Assembly (NCBI GenBank): GCA_010015805.1
Contig: ML978130.1
Span: 744,001 to 808,000, forward strand
DNA length: 64,000 nucleotides
Direction: 5' to 3'
Origin: Rhizodiscina lignyota
Taxonomy: Eukaryota
The notes beneath the pieces were generated by a model that saw nothing but the letters and a program-made list of their open reading frames with translations, ran no database searches and had not been told where the DNA came from. Of the stretch, positions 12,149-24,651 are shown piece by piece. The position numbers and the translations under genes were made by a program. Position 1 is the stretch's first letter; each line of letters opens with the position of its first letter.

Positions 12149-13086
12149 ATGCCTACACCAACAGGTCCAGAAAAGACCATGTCTTCGCGTCTTTTGACGA
12201 TGAAGGTGAGTTTAATCTTACTATATAATACTCAAACAGATCAAATGTGCCAAAGAGGTAGACCTGACAAGACCAATAGTTCATGCAACGTGGCGCCGCC
12301 AGTGCCCCTTCAACACCTCCCAGCAACGGCCCACCGTCCAAGCGCGTAAGGCTCTCCAACGGCACTGCTTCACCCGCAACTCCCTCTTTCACCCAGAAGG
12401 CTGTGGAAGCCGCGCTTGCTGCGGAGGAAGAGCAGCGCATTCGCGCGCTTGAAAAGCACGCAGCGCTCTCTGGAGAAACGAGATGGGTCCTAGCAGTGCA
12501 GGAGCCGCCGCGCGTTGACGGTGGACTCAACGTCGTAACTGCTGGATTCGGGGACATTGATAAACTCGATGATGATTCTGGTGAAGCTGAGTTGCGGATG
12601 GATGAGAACGCGAAGGAGGAAGGGCTAGCCCGTCCCACAACTGGCAGAAGAACGTTTGGCAAAGTCAAACGCCCGGTTGAAGAGAATAAAGATGCAGATT
12701 CAGATGCGTCATCCTCTAGCTCCTCCGACTCAGAGGGCGAGGATGAGGGTGACCCCAACGACCTTGCCACCCAGCTCATTCGTGAGAGCCGCAAGCTGGC
12801 CCATGCCGAGCGCAAGAAGAAGCGCAGGGCGGAGAAGGCGGCACAGGCACAGGCGCAGATGGCCGAGAAGCGACGGCGCAAGGAAGTTAAGCTAAACAAC
12901 TTGACCTCCATCTCTGGCGGTGGAACTCCGAGGAGCGATGCGAACATGACGTGTTTCCTGTGCGGAGAGACGGGACATAGGAAGAGCGAATGTCCACGTC
13001 TCCAGGGCCAAGGCCAAGGCCCTAAGTGCTATTATTGTGGAGAGATAGGACATATGAAGAACGAATGTCCACGTAGACGAGGCTAG
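12149..13086 (+). CDS. MPP6-like nuclear exosome cofactor with two C-terminal CCHC zinc knuckles
   Basis: Exon 1 12149 (or 12179)-12205, intron 12206-12279, exon 2 12280-13086. Splicing gives SSRLLTMKFMQRG (MPP6 N-terminal motif); GRRTFG follows, then two CX2CX4HX4C knuckles. Confidence 0.8.
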
Positions 13087-13328
13087 GGTGGTATCACGAG
13101 CCTACAATATGTACAGGACTATCTTCGGCGTTTCACTCAATAGGATAAATACCCGGCGAGCATGCCAAAACAAAATGATCATATCCATTATCATTATTAC
13201 TCCAATCTATACTCCGTCCATCGGAACTCTGGTAGCTAAGTAAGACCAGAAACTCCACTACTCCGAGCATCAACGAAAATACTTAACTCACCAACTCCAC
13301 CCCCTCCACCAGGCTTCTACCACCCTGC

Positions 13329-14768
13329 TTATTTGTAGATGTACGTATCCGGAGCATAGGGGTTATGACCCTGTCCAGCAACCAACTTCGCCTTCGCAAT
13401 GCGATAGTCCCGCCCCTTCATTGCATACACCATCCAGCCCGGCAGCTTCATGCCATACAGCACGCCCACGCCTCCCCAGCGCGTGATCGGCATGAGCTGC
13501 GAGTCCGTGGGATTCTGCACGTAACGCATGTCTGCCTCTTGCAGGGCCGCGATTTCCTCTTCCTTCCCGCCGTACGGGTTCTGGTCACGCAATTCCCAGA
13601 CGAGGAGGTCGTTGCGTAGGTTGTGCATCAGCACGGGGACCGCCTCGTACACATCGAGGATGTAATTCTTCGAGTAGGTCGCGCAGTCACCGATGCAGTA
13701 CACCATTCCTCCAGGCGGCGGGCGCGTGACTCGCAGATAGTTTGGATCGGTGGACACGTACTTGCTTGCGTCCAGCATCTCCGGCGGCAGGAAGTTCGTG
13801 TTGGGCCGCACTCCGGTGGCAGCGACGTAGAGGTCAGCAGTGATGGTGATATCATTGTTCAGCACCACGCGCATCTTACCGCCTGGCGTCTGAGCAGCCG
13901 AAACCACGCGCGTGTTGTGAATGATATGCACACCCAGACTCTCGAGCGACTTCTCCGCCTGCTGACCCAGCGCGAGTGGAAGCCTCGGAAGGAGCCGATC
14001 ATTGCCGGAGATCAGAGTGATTGTCTTGGGCTTCCGCGTCGACAATTCGTGGCGCGAGAGACGACCTTTGAGGAACTTGGGGCGTGCGTTCATGAGCGCC
14101 GTTATGGGGCCGCGGTTCGTGCGAGATGGCCGATTAAAGTAGGTTGCGAGTTGTCCAGCAGTTTCCACTCCGGATGGTCCACCCCCTGCCACAATTATGC
14201 CCTCGGCGTTGGGAATCGCGTTGTGGAATTCATTTAGCGCAGCCAGTGTGTCGTCGTGCGGTCCATGGAGCGAGTAAAGAGAGTCCTCGGCGTAGGTACC
14301 AGTTGCGATAATAAGAGCGTGGAATTCAATGCTCTGGGTGACGCTTCCTTTGGATCCCTTGGATCCGGTTGACCAGCGGTTTTGGCTGTCAACTGATCCT
14401 CTTGGCTTGTGATCACCCGCAGCCCTTGGCGTATGTAGCTCAACGTGGACACGCCTTGCGAACATGTCGACGGAGGTCGCGGTACCTTGAATGAAATGGA
14501 AGCGATTGATCGGGTAGCGTCGGAATGCGGGAATGATGGGAACGAAGAGATCATTCTGAGGTAGCCATGTCGGTGACACTATTCCGCGAGGAGCGCCGAT
14601 GTTCCAGTAGATATGAGTCGAGGGCGATATCAGCACAACACGGTATGAAGGTGCCGTGCGAGTAACTCGAAGCTTGTCGACAGTGTCCTTGAGGAAATGA
14701 TGAGCGGCAGAAATGCCAGCAAACGATCCTCCGAGGATGACAATATCCTTCGTTGTTTCACGCGACAT
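13329..14768 (-). CDS. FAD/NAD(P)-dependent oxidoreductase, AMID/AIF2-like (Pyr_redox_2)
   Basis: IVILGGSFAG, LIIATGT, IIVAGGGPSGVETAG, ATGVRPNT and YCIGD motifs. Confidence 0.9.
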   Translation of the reverse strand: MSRETTKDIVILGGSFAGISAAHHFLKDTVDKLRVTRTAPSYRVVLISPSTHIYWNIGAPRGIVSPTWLPQNDLFVPIIPAFRRYPINRFHFIQGTATSVDMFARRVHVELHTPRAAGDHKPRGSVDSQNRWSTGSKGSKGSVTQSIEFHALIIATGTYAEDSLYSLHGPHDDTLAALNEFHNAIPNAEGIIVAGGGPSGVETAGQLATYFNRPSRTNRGPITALMNARPKFLKGRLSRHELSTRKPKTITLISGNDRLLPRLPLALGQQAEKSLESLGVHIIHNTRVVSAAQTPGGKMRVVLNNDITITADLYVAATGVRPNTNFLPPEMLDASKYVSTDPNYLRVTRPPPGGMVYCIGDCATYSKNYILDVYEAVPVLMHNLRNDLLVWELRDQNPYGGKEEEIAALQEADMRYVQNPTDSQLMPITRWGGVGVLYGMKLPGWMVYAMKGRDYRIAKAKLVAGQGHNPYAPDTYIYK

Positions 14769-16843
14769 CGCTACGACCTGTGATCATGAGAGGAAACGGA
14801 GGTTGAGAAATGTGAAAAGAGGAACGGTCAGTGTTATGAGATAATCTCTCATTGTACAACCGTAACAAAAGGCGTGTCTGTGATAAAGGGCCAAGGGCTT
14901 GTCTGCACGAATGCAGAGCTATTCACGCCAACTTCCCACGTGAATATTATCTGTCACATGGCGGAGAGGTAGAGCTGGCAATGATAACGACAATGCGACG
15001 ACGACAATGCATGACGAAAGCGGTGGGTTGACATTCCTTGGCTGGAGTCAGTATTGGAACAAAGAACGTTCACCTGATGCCAAGAATGTTTGAACCTAAA
15101 TCTGTAGAATGTGTTCAATACAGAGAAGACAAACAAAGACGAGAGGAGATCTATGTTTAAGGACCCTTGGAAGTGAATCGGGCACATTTTCTATATCGGA
15201 GAACTCCGCTGCCGAATTTGAACGCTTATCCCATCTCAATTTATCTCATACCATTTCTGCTCCCAAGTTGAATTGAAGACGAAAGCCGCCAAGGAAACCG
15301 AAAGCCTTGCACAGCACCATATACCTCAAGAAAACCGAAAATGATTTGCAAATCTATGGATTGCAGCATTGGACCTCCGAGACCATAATGTCACCAGACC
15401 TAAGTGCAGTCAGACTATAATCCCGAAGTAGCGAGTCAAAATCTTACACCAATGCCATGCGAATAGATCAATCTCAAGCTAGCGTGACGGAGAGGGTGGT
15501 GGTGGAGGAGGCGGAGGTGGAGAGGTATCTTTTGACATGTCTCGTGAAAAAGTCTCGATGCTCGTATCCGTGCTCTGGATTCTGCTCAGAACTGGAGGCT
15601 TCATGTAATCGAACTGTGGGAATATCTCGTGGCGGAAGTGTCCGAGCGAATCCGTCATTGTGTGACTCAGAGTTATTAATGAAGCTTCGAAGGCGAAGAA
15701 TTTCGACAATGGCCGCCGACAGACGCACAGGGAACGAATGGATGCCGAAGGGACAGTGGTGAAGAGGTCGACAGCGCAGGATATGAACAGGCCGTAGAAA
15801 TAAGTAGGATCAAATAGCAAAGACAAGAAAAGCAAACAGAGCCAAAGGGCCAGAATTCAGGATATTGAGGCCATTTTTTGCTTAGAGGTTTGTGTGCGTG
15901 CAGGGCAGCGTCATGCTATATCCCGTCATGTTAGGGCGCACAAAAGCATTGAAAAAAACTTTGCAGGCTACACAAGACATTCCTGATAGTGCTGGTATCC
16001 GCAAAACTTTCTTCAACGCTGCAATTGGCAAGGGACGACGGGGACCGAGGTCAGCTCGTGGTCAGTGGACTTGTTCCACCTGCGCGTACACTGGCGTGCA
16101 GAAGAGGCCCACGCAGGTACGTGCGACTAGGTCCACGGTGAGTCGACGGACCGACGTCCACGAAGCGCGCGATGAATCGTTATTTGACCGCTTCTCACCG
16201 CCAGAGGACCCCTAAGACGAGCTCGGGAGTTGGTGTAAGCGTTGCTTCCATGGATGACGATGACATGTTATCATTTTGTCGTCCGATAGCGACACAGCAC
16301 CCAAGGGGCAGGGTTGTGCTGTGTCATATTCAAGAAGGACGCCTTTCCGCGTTGCTCAGCATGAAAGATGAACGCACAATACGTGGTTTATGCGTGGTTG
16401 AGCGTGGTTGAGGAACAGTACGAGAGCAAACCGTCGTCCGCTGTCCAGGGCGAAAAGCAAAAATTGTGGATGCGATGCGATCTCGCTGCCTTCCAGGCGC
16501 AAGGGCTCGGAGCCCGGACGGGAAGATCCGAGTGGCTAGATGCAGGCGTGAATGACGCGAGGCTTCACTCAAAAGCAACACCAACACTCTCCAATCACCA
16601 TCGGGCGTGATCCGGCATAGGAGTACCACTCTGGGTCGAAGCTAGCTTCTTACATCCCACTTGGCAGCGCGTCGCGACAGCATCGCTCCGACAGTACAAC
16701 AACCACTCGCAATACCGACCCTGCGCAGCGCAACGCACCATCTTCACCTCGCACACACGGCGGCATATTGCACGCTGCGTCCGATCTAAGAGCGCTGCGT
16801 TCAAATTGTGTTCTTTGAGCGGAGCCGCGGCTCATCCGCAACC

Positions 16844-18287
16844 ATGAACGCCTCAGTTTGGAGCCCAGAGAGCATTCGCGACGTCGCCGAGTCGGTTGGC
16901 ATCACGAATCTTCCAAATGATGCCCAGGAAGGCCTCGCGCGCGATGTCGAGTTCAGAATAACCCTAGTAATGGACGAGGCGCTGAAGTTCATGCGGCATG
17001 CGCGGCGCACCACACTCACCACCCAGGACATCTCACACGCACTGCGCATCCTCGACGTGGAGCCACTCTACGGCTACGAGAGCACGCGACCGCTGCGATT
17101 CGGCGAGGCTTCGATAGGCCCTGGACAGCCACTCTTCTACATCGAAGACGAGGAAGTCGACTTCGAGAAGCTGATCAATGCGCCGCTTCCCAAAGTCCCT
17201 CGAGAGCTCACTCTCACCGGTATGCTCCCTTGCCTATATTTGTAGCTCCGTTTTACTAAACTTAGCTACAGCACATTGGCTCGCCGTCGACGGCGTCCAA
17301 CCCTCTATCCCGCAAAACCCAACCTCCGCCTCCACAGCCTCCTCCGAGCTCCTTCCCAAGGGCCCTGGCGCCCCCATCCACCTCGCTGCGTTGAATGGTT
17401 ACGACAACGTCAGTATCAAGCCGCTCGTCAAACACATCGTGAGTAAGGAGCTGCAGCTCTACTTCGACCGGATATGCAGTGCGGTGCTGGACGAGGCAAA
17501 CGATGAGTATCGCTCTGCGGCGTTCGCATCAATACGAACGGATCCTGGACTACACCAATTGATCGCATACTTCATCAATTTCGTGCAGGAGAAAGTAACA
17601 CATAGCCAAAAGAACCTCTTCGTACTCACACAGATGATGCATCTCACTGCTGCGCTACTGGCCAATCCCTCCCTCTACATCGAACCCTACATCACGTCGG
17701 TTATCCCGTCGGTCCTGACCTGCGTGCTGGGCAAGCACCTTGGTACTAAGGAATCGAACGCTACATCGCCACCAGCGCACTATGCATTGCGCGACCTCGC
17801 CGCATCCCTTCTAAGCCACATCTGCAGGCACTATTCGAACTCCTCGCAGACACTGAAACCGCGTATAGCAAGGACGTTGATGAAGAATCTTCTCGATCCT
17901 ACCAAACCTTTCGCAGTACACTACGGCGCCCTCACAGCCCTTCTCGGAGTTATTGGTACGGACGGCATAGTGGTGGCAGTGTTGTCGAGCTTTGAGGCGT
18001 ACGATGCGTTGCTGAAGGATGGCCTAGCGGACGAAACCAAAAAGGCAGACGCTGAGATAATGATCACGGCTATTCTCAAGGTTTTGCAGGCAGTGGAAAG
18101 AGAATTTGGGTTCGCAGGGACTGCTCAAGTGCCGCCTGATGCGAAGGAGAAGGTGATTGAGAAAGTAGGAGAAGTCATTGGAGAGAAGGTCATGGAGTTG
18201 GGCAGGCCGGGTCTGATAAAAGCGGTTCTAGACGCTGAAGTCTCGCTTGAGGGTCGAAACGAAGTTCCGTCTGAGGGTCAGACTTGA
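16844..18287 (+). CDS. TAF6: Transcription initiation factor TFIID subunit 6
   Basis: Exons 16844-17219 and 17272-18287. Histone-fold [63 protein letters not shown]. Confidence 0.96.
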
Positions 18288-18498
18288 GTTTACAACTCGG
18301 GTCTCGGATTTGGCTCAGACTCGTAATCAAGATTCGAGATTCATGAAGCATCCACGAAGCATTTTCGGCGTTGCGGAAAACGGCGGGCAAAAGATACCAC
18401 TGGAAAAGGGGTCGTCCATTTTTGATTTGCATGCCACTGATTTTAGCATAGCCAATGCAGTGTCAGAGTTCCGCTTTCAGTCCTCCACCTTCGTGAAG

Positions 18499-19001
18499 TC
18501 ATGCCTTTTCGCCTTGGATTGTCGCTACCAGCTTCCGTGAATGCTTCATCCGCCTGAACTCAAGGTGCCATATGCCCTGCCATGTTCCTGTTGCCAATCT
18601 GCCGTTCGATATCGGTATTGTGACGCTGGATCCTATGAGAGCGGACTTGATATGTGCCTGATTTGTGCAATCCGTCAGCCAAATTGTACTACCCAATCAC
18701 CTCGCGTACCTTGAGCTGCACTCACCGGCATATCATCTGCACCCTCAGCACTGTGCCTGTACATGTCTCCCTTGCGATCCTCGGGGACAATCCTGTCCAT
18801 TGCGTCGCTCATGTCTGCTCTCACATCCTCGTCCCAGTTCTCGTTCATGCTCAGCGCGCACGACGTATGCTGCACAAACAGATGCAGAATCCCGACCTTG
18901 TAGTTCTTTATCTCAGGTAAAGCGGACACGACCTCGTCCGTGACGAGGTACGATCCTCGACTGCGCGAGGGGAGGGTGATGGTCTTCTGGAACCAGGACA
19001 T
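18499..19001 (-). CDS. UPF0047/YjbQ family protein (possible N-terminal hydrophobic extension from ATG 19235)
   Basis: Exons 19001-18726 and 18657-18499. [51 protein letters not shown]. Confidence 0.92.
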
Positions 19002-19996
19002 CGTGTTGAGCTGCGGGGAGGGAGCTGCAGATGAGAGAGGGTGGGCGCAGGCGCAAGTGCACGGTGGAGCGATGGGAGATGTATTTGAGCGCGAAGAGTA
19101 TGGAAAGAGGTACAATGGAGCTCCGACGATCCGGATGAAGAAATCGGGAAAGAAGGCGGCGACGAAAATGAAGAGGAAGAGGATGCTATAGATGGGAGAA
19201 GCTGTCCAATGCTGGTTTCTTTGCTGCTCTGGCATACGCTGTCTCAGGTGTAGGAGAATTTAGAGGGAGATTAAAGAAGGTTAGGCTACCATTAGCTTTT
19301 TACGTCGATCAGCAGTAGTTAGATTCGCGCGACGTCATGGAGTGAGAGATAGACTGGAGATCAGATAAGATTACTCTATAACGAAGATCCGAACACTCCT
19401 ACATATTCAACATCTGGTCTTGTTAAATTCTTCGATATTCCTAGAGAACCGAAATCCATTCGTATACAAGGTTGCCTAAGCGAATGTAAATACGGACCTT
19501 CACTCGCTTTCACGCAACTCCAAGTGTTGACTCCAATCCTACCCAGGCTCGAGCCGACGCGTGCAGAGCAATGCGCGTAGTGATTGGTATTGACACGTCA
19601 GCCTCAGGTATGACAAGGCTGAAGAAGCAAATTTTGCAGTCTGCCTTGCGGAAGGTGATCGTTTTATTTAAGTCTCGTTCGTCCCTTTTTGACGCTCTGC
19701 CATGCCACTCCACCCATCCAAGCTACTCCTTACACCTACCACTGTTACGAAAGAGACAGCTTCCTGCAAGGGAACAGTCTGCGAAGTCACACTATTCAAT
19801 TTACCTCTAACACTTCTAAGAAGCTTCCTTTAGTCGATAAGGCTGCATTTGAGGTTGTCAGGGAGCAGCTTGCTCATCCTGCCTTAGGATAGTTGCTTCT
19901 CGTTGTCACGGCAAAGAAACGTCACTACAGGTCTCGTTCGCTCGCCGGAAATTCGCTCCTTCATACTACCATCACTAACATGGGATCCGGAGAACA

Positions 19997-22900
19997 ATGT
20001 CAGGAGTGGAAATTCTCGGCGCTGTAGCTGCCGTCGCGCAGCTCACAAATGGGACGTTCAAGGCCTGCCTCAAAATCGTGAAACTCCTTTCGAAACTGGA
20101 AAATGCTCCAAAGGAAGTGCTTCGGGATGTGGCCGACCTCGAAGAGCTTACTCGGCTGATCAGCAGCCTCAATAGTCCCGACGACACGCAGTCTGGCTTG
20201 GTCGATCTTACAGATGCTCAATACATCAAGGAACTGCTCGACAAGCTAAACTCTCTCGGGTCCGAGTTGAACCACAAGCTAAAAACACTTCAAGCTCAGT
20301 CGAGTGACAGCCCCCCAAGGAAGCTATGGAGGGATATCGTCTCCGTTAAGAGGCAGGACGAGCTATCGGATTTGTTTGACCGAATTGCACGAACCAAGTC
20401 ATCAATCGCAGCCTTGTTACCAGGACTTGGGATCCGAGCGTTGCAGAAATTCAAAACATTCAACACATCTGAGCATGACGATATCAGAAACCTGATGGGC
20501 AATCAACACGCTGCCGATCAGGCGTCAATTGTAGCTTCTGAGCATAAGATCATCGAAGCTATCAAGGCGAGCACCGTGGAACAAGGAGATCGCATCGAGC
20601 AGCTTCAGTTAATTACGACTGACACCAAATTTGCTGTTCAAGAACAGTCGGCACAAGTGGAGCTCATTTGTGGTAAACTGGAAACAAGTATTTCGAAATC
20701 TACCGCGCATCTCGAAGGCGAACTAAAGCAGATGGAGACACAATTAACAATCCTCGTCAATTCAATCCCTGGAGCTTCCAATGCCTTGGTGGCAAAACCG
20801 CAAGCATTGGCCGAAGCATGTAACCAAGCTTCAGCATACTTCCCAGTGCACGCTACGACACCCTGCCGGCAGCAAATGTTGAAAGACTTCGGTTGTTGCT
20901 GCCGTGGCTTCAAAGCCACTCAATTCCGCAAGCGCGGCTTCTTTGCTTATTTCCGTGTTGAGGAAGTAGATCATGTTCCGTCATGTCCACTCCACTTATC
21001 GAAGACCACTTGCCGTTCTCGTGGGTTCCGCGTCTGTTTGCATCCACTCCTGGAATACAGCATCGATATCATGTTCAATACGACTTCCGGCGCGGGAGGA
21101 AGTTCGGTAGCACCAGTTCTGCGATACTACAGTACCGTTCAACGAGCCGAATCACCACTCTTTATGCTTTTCGACGCATTCCTGATACAAACCACGTCCA
21201 ATAATCATCAACAGCTTAATATACTAGTCTCCGATACGCAGAAGAAGCGATATCAGAAATATCTCGAGGATCTTACACAGAAATTCGCCAACCTTCTCTA
21301 TTCTGACCCATCGCATGCACGAGTCAAAGACGAACGGGGTCATACAATCCTACATGTAAGTGCCAGCTGCGTTTACTATTTGGCCGTTCTGAATTAATGT
21401 TAATGTTTCAGCAGGATATTGTCGGTGTTTGGCTTTATCGCGCTCATGAAATTGATATGTATGACGCAGTGTGTCAAATGGTTCGCCTAGCGGCCGTCGC
21501 TGGAGTCGACCTGGAAGCTGTTGACAATAGGGGGTATACAGCGCTGTCTTTCATAATGCATACACAGTGGTACTTGCCTCAAATAAAACACTACAAAAGA
21601 ATAGAGGCAGTGTTTCTACAACTAGACTGCACCGTTTACCGTCTAAGACAGCCTTGCTGTGGTAGCTGGGTAGAAATGATAGCTAGATGGATAAGTAATC
21701 TGGTATCCATTCCAGAGTACGCAGAATGTAAGTTCGACAAAACAGCCATGCGAAATCGTCTAACAATTGTAGCCTGGGGCCTTGATCCAATATACGCAGC
21801 TGTATTATATCGATCGGAGACTTCGTTGAGAAGGGTGCTGGACAAAGGCTCCAATCCAAACGGCATGGTGAAGCAAAATCACATCCACCCGGGGAATTTT
21901 CCAACTCCCCTTGAATGTGTAGTTACGATGCAATGGATGGCGGGCTTTCAGATGCTTGTTGAGGCCGGTGCAGACGGGCTCTACGCTCTGCGAGTGGCTG
22001 AGCATCGGTCAGATTTTGCTACATTTACATACCTCCTGGAGCACAGCTGCTCTCTTTTCCCTCACCCTTGCTCAGGCCACCGGTGTCCCCCGGGCCTCAA
22101 AGTTGATCCGGAATCATTTAATCGCTTTGGAGGCTTCTATGCAACTAAAGATATCACATTTGCGATCCGAATCGCGCAAGAATTGGAAAATAGGAGGGGC
22201 AGATTAGAGGATCTTGTTCGAATGCATCTCACCTTGGAACGGTACCACCGGATCTGTTCCTCTCAGCATAGTCGAATAGACGTAAGGGCTAAAGACCTGT
22301 ACGACCTCCTGGAACGCAACGGAGTCGAAATTCCACGAAGTCTATGGCCGGGTCCGCAGCACTCAGTATTTCACATTCCACAACTCTCTTTTACTGTCGC
22401 CAAAGAACTATACGCTCGTGGATTTGTTAGTATCGATGAACCTGACGAATACGGAATCACTCCACTTGAATTGCATTGTTGGGACAAAAAGGCGGCGTAC
22501 CATTCTAACCACATTCCGCTTCTCAATTGGTTCTTAGAAAAGGGTGCATCACCTCGTTTTCGGAACCCAAACGCGCCGTCGCTCCTATTTCCAACAGTCA
22601 ATTTCGGCCTCGGCACACCAGAGGGTTCAAAGCTACTTTCTTACGTTAACCAGACAGTCGACCCATCCCTAACCGACAACTGCAGCTGTTTTTGCTCCTC
22701 GTCTGGATGCCTACCGATACATCTGTTCGTCTTTCATCATAACAGAGGACACCATAGTAGAAGATCCAAGTTTGAGCAATGGTGCAATGTTAGCCAACTG
22801 GAATCTGGTCTGCTGGATATATACAGCCAAGAAATGTGTCGATTGGAAGTTTTCGATCGTTTGGGAATGGCACATACGTGTCTAAAAGACTACTACTTGC

Positions 22901-23349
22901 ATAAGCATACTCCGTATTATGGAAACGATACAAAGTTTACAGTCTGCGATGGAGATAGTTATGAAATTCAGGCCGAAGATGAAGAATTGCGCGAACAGCT
23001 TGAGCTTATCCTCAAGGCTCACACCGAGCATCGCAATCGATTTGAGGGCACCTGGTCTGAGTTCTGGGATCGTTGGTGGCTCCGTGTAGATCACATTCTC
23101 CCCGAACCTGACGACCGCGAGTTTGGCTGGCATGGAGAAAGAGTTGCAAGGAATGCGACGACTAGAGAATGGGCGCAAGAGAGTATAACTATATGGAGGC
23201 ACGATATCTCATCTGGAAGATGGAAGTACGAGTACAAGGACAGAGAAATAGATCCATTGCCACAAGAGTACGCTGGCCTTAACTTCATTGATATCATCAG
23301 ACTGGAGTTGTTTCCATCGGAAGCTGGAATATCTGATTCTGTGCAATAA
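19997..23349 (+). CDS. Large protein with fungal STAND-type N-terminal helical (HeLo-like/SesA-like) domain and degenerate ankyrin repeats
   Basis: Exon 1 19997-21355; intron to NAGNAG at 21411/21414; probable 45-nt intron 21728-21772. N-terminus MSGVEILGAVAAVAQL...LENAPKEV..DLEEL. Ankyrin-like DERGHTILH, DNRGYTAL, PTPLE..LVEAGAD, DEYGITPL..FLEKGA. Confidence 0.8.
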
Positions 23350-24651
23350 AGAAATGTGTTGCAAATGTCAATCGATTCAGTTCTTGGAAATTGCAGCGTT
23401 ATAGTCTCGAAGAACGGCAGAAGAGCTCAATTTACTTTTTCAGCATTAGATCACAGTACTGTGGACTGACAGTAGTGCCTATATCTCTAGAGAACCGTTA
23501 GGAATTTCTAGGAAAGGCCCAACTTCCAAGTAGGTGACAACAGGTTAAGTTGTAGACGTAGTTATAATATACAGAAAACCCAGGACGTATATATTCCTCA
23601 GTTAATATGTATTATATACACCAAAACTGTGTGTTTCAGATAAATACTGTCTAGTATATAGTTCACCGAGCTTTCAGAGATGCTCTCGGTTATGCCGAAA
23701 AATAAAACTTACCTCTTACTGCAGATTAGGCTCAACTATTCTGTCACCGGCGTGAACTGCTTAATTAAAACATAGCTTTCTGCTTGGGGCTATGAAGCTA
23801 ATGCTCATCAGAGACGCAGCTATGCCCAATTTTTGAAAACCTATTAGCTTCGCAAACTTTATATCTCAACGCAGGTTTCTAATAAATTATGTGAAGCTCT
23901 TTTGTGAGGGCATTTTCCTGCTCGTCTTAGCGCGCCTACGTAAATCAGAGCAAGGCCCATCCCTGCTGCTGCTGCTGTCGTCAATGCCTTTCTGAACCGT
24001 GGACTCAGTTTCGTAGATCCCAAGACGGACGCAAATAATGCCCGTGGCAAAAAGAAGGGCCAGCAGTGGTTTTCCTCTATGTCGTCTCCCGCCCTCTTCC
24101 TCAACAATGACGACAATGCTCTCAAAGCATGCAACAGATCGTGAGCGAGCTCTAAGCTGGGGTGACCCCTGGCCGAATAGGCCCCAAGACTGATCTCAGC
24201 TTATTGATGGACACAGAGTATAGGAATCTGATTGCGTTTTGTGGGGATATAGCGTATGCATTTATTTATGGTAACACAATAGAGCTAGGAACGCCTACTC
24301 ATCCACGCCACTATACCAAAGTCTCTAATGATCTGCCCGGCTGCCGCCACTCTTTCAGACTGGCTGTGGACCACATAATGGATATTGATATGATATCTCT
24401 TACTACTGAGCTGGATGCTTTGGAATCTGGGCAATGGAATGCGACGAACACCGAGCACCGAGGGTACAAAAGGTATCCTTCTCTGTAGCAAATTTCACTG
24501 TTGCAACTCAATAGTCCTTCGCATTCCACTGGTCATCTAAAGTCAATCGAAAGCGAGACTAATTCCTGGTGAGCCAAAGCACAGTTGTTTCTCTTTTCAT
24601 CTCAACATAAGTTGGGCGCTCACTAACTCTTCCTCCTCAAGACCAGCCAAA

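Noticed and set aside
12153..12947. 264-aa antisense ORF, and similar shadow ORFs at 13623-14237, 32480-33034 and 45533-46207
   Set aside because: Antisense shadows of well-supported genes.
23400..23900. AT/TpA-rich stretch suggestive of a RIP-mutated repeat
   Set aside because: No terminal repeats, target-site duplication or transposase remnants seen; the RIP index could not be computed.
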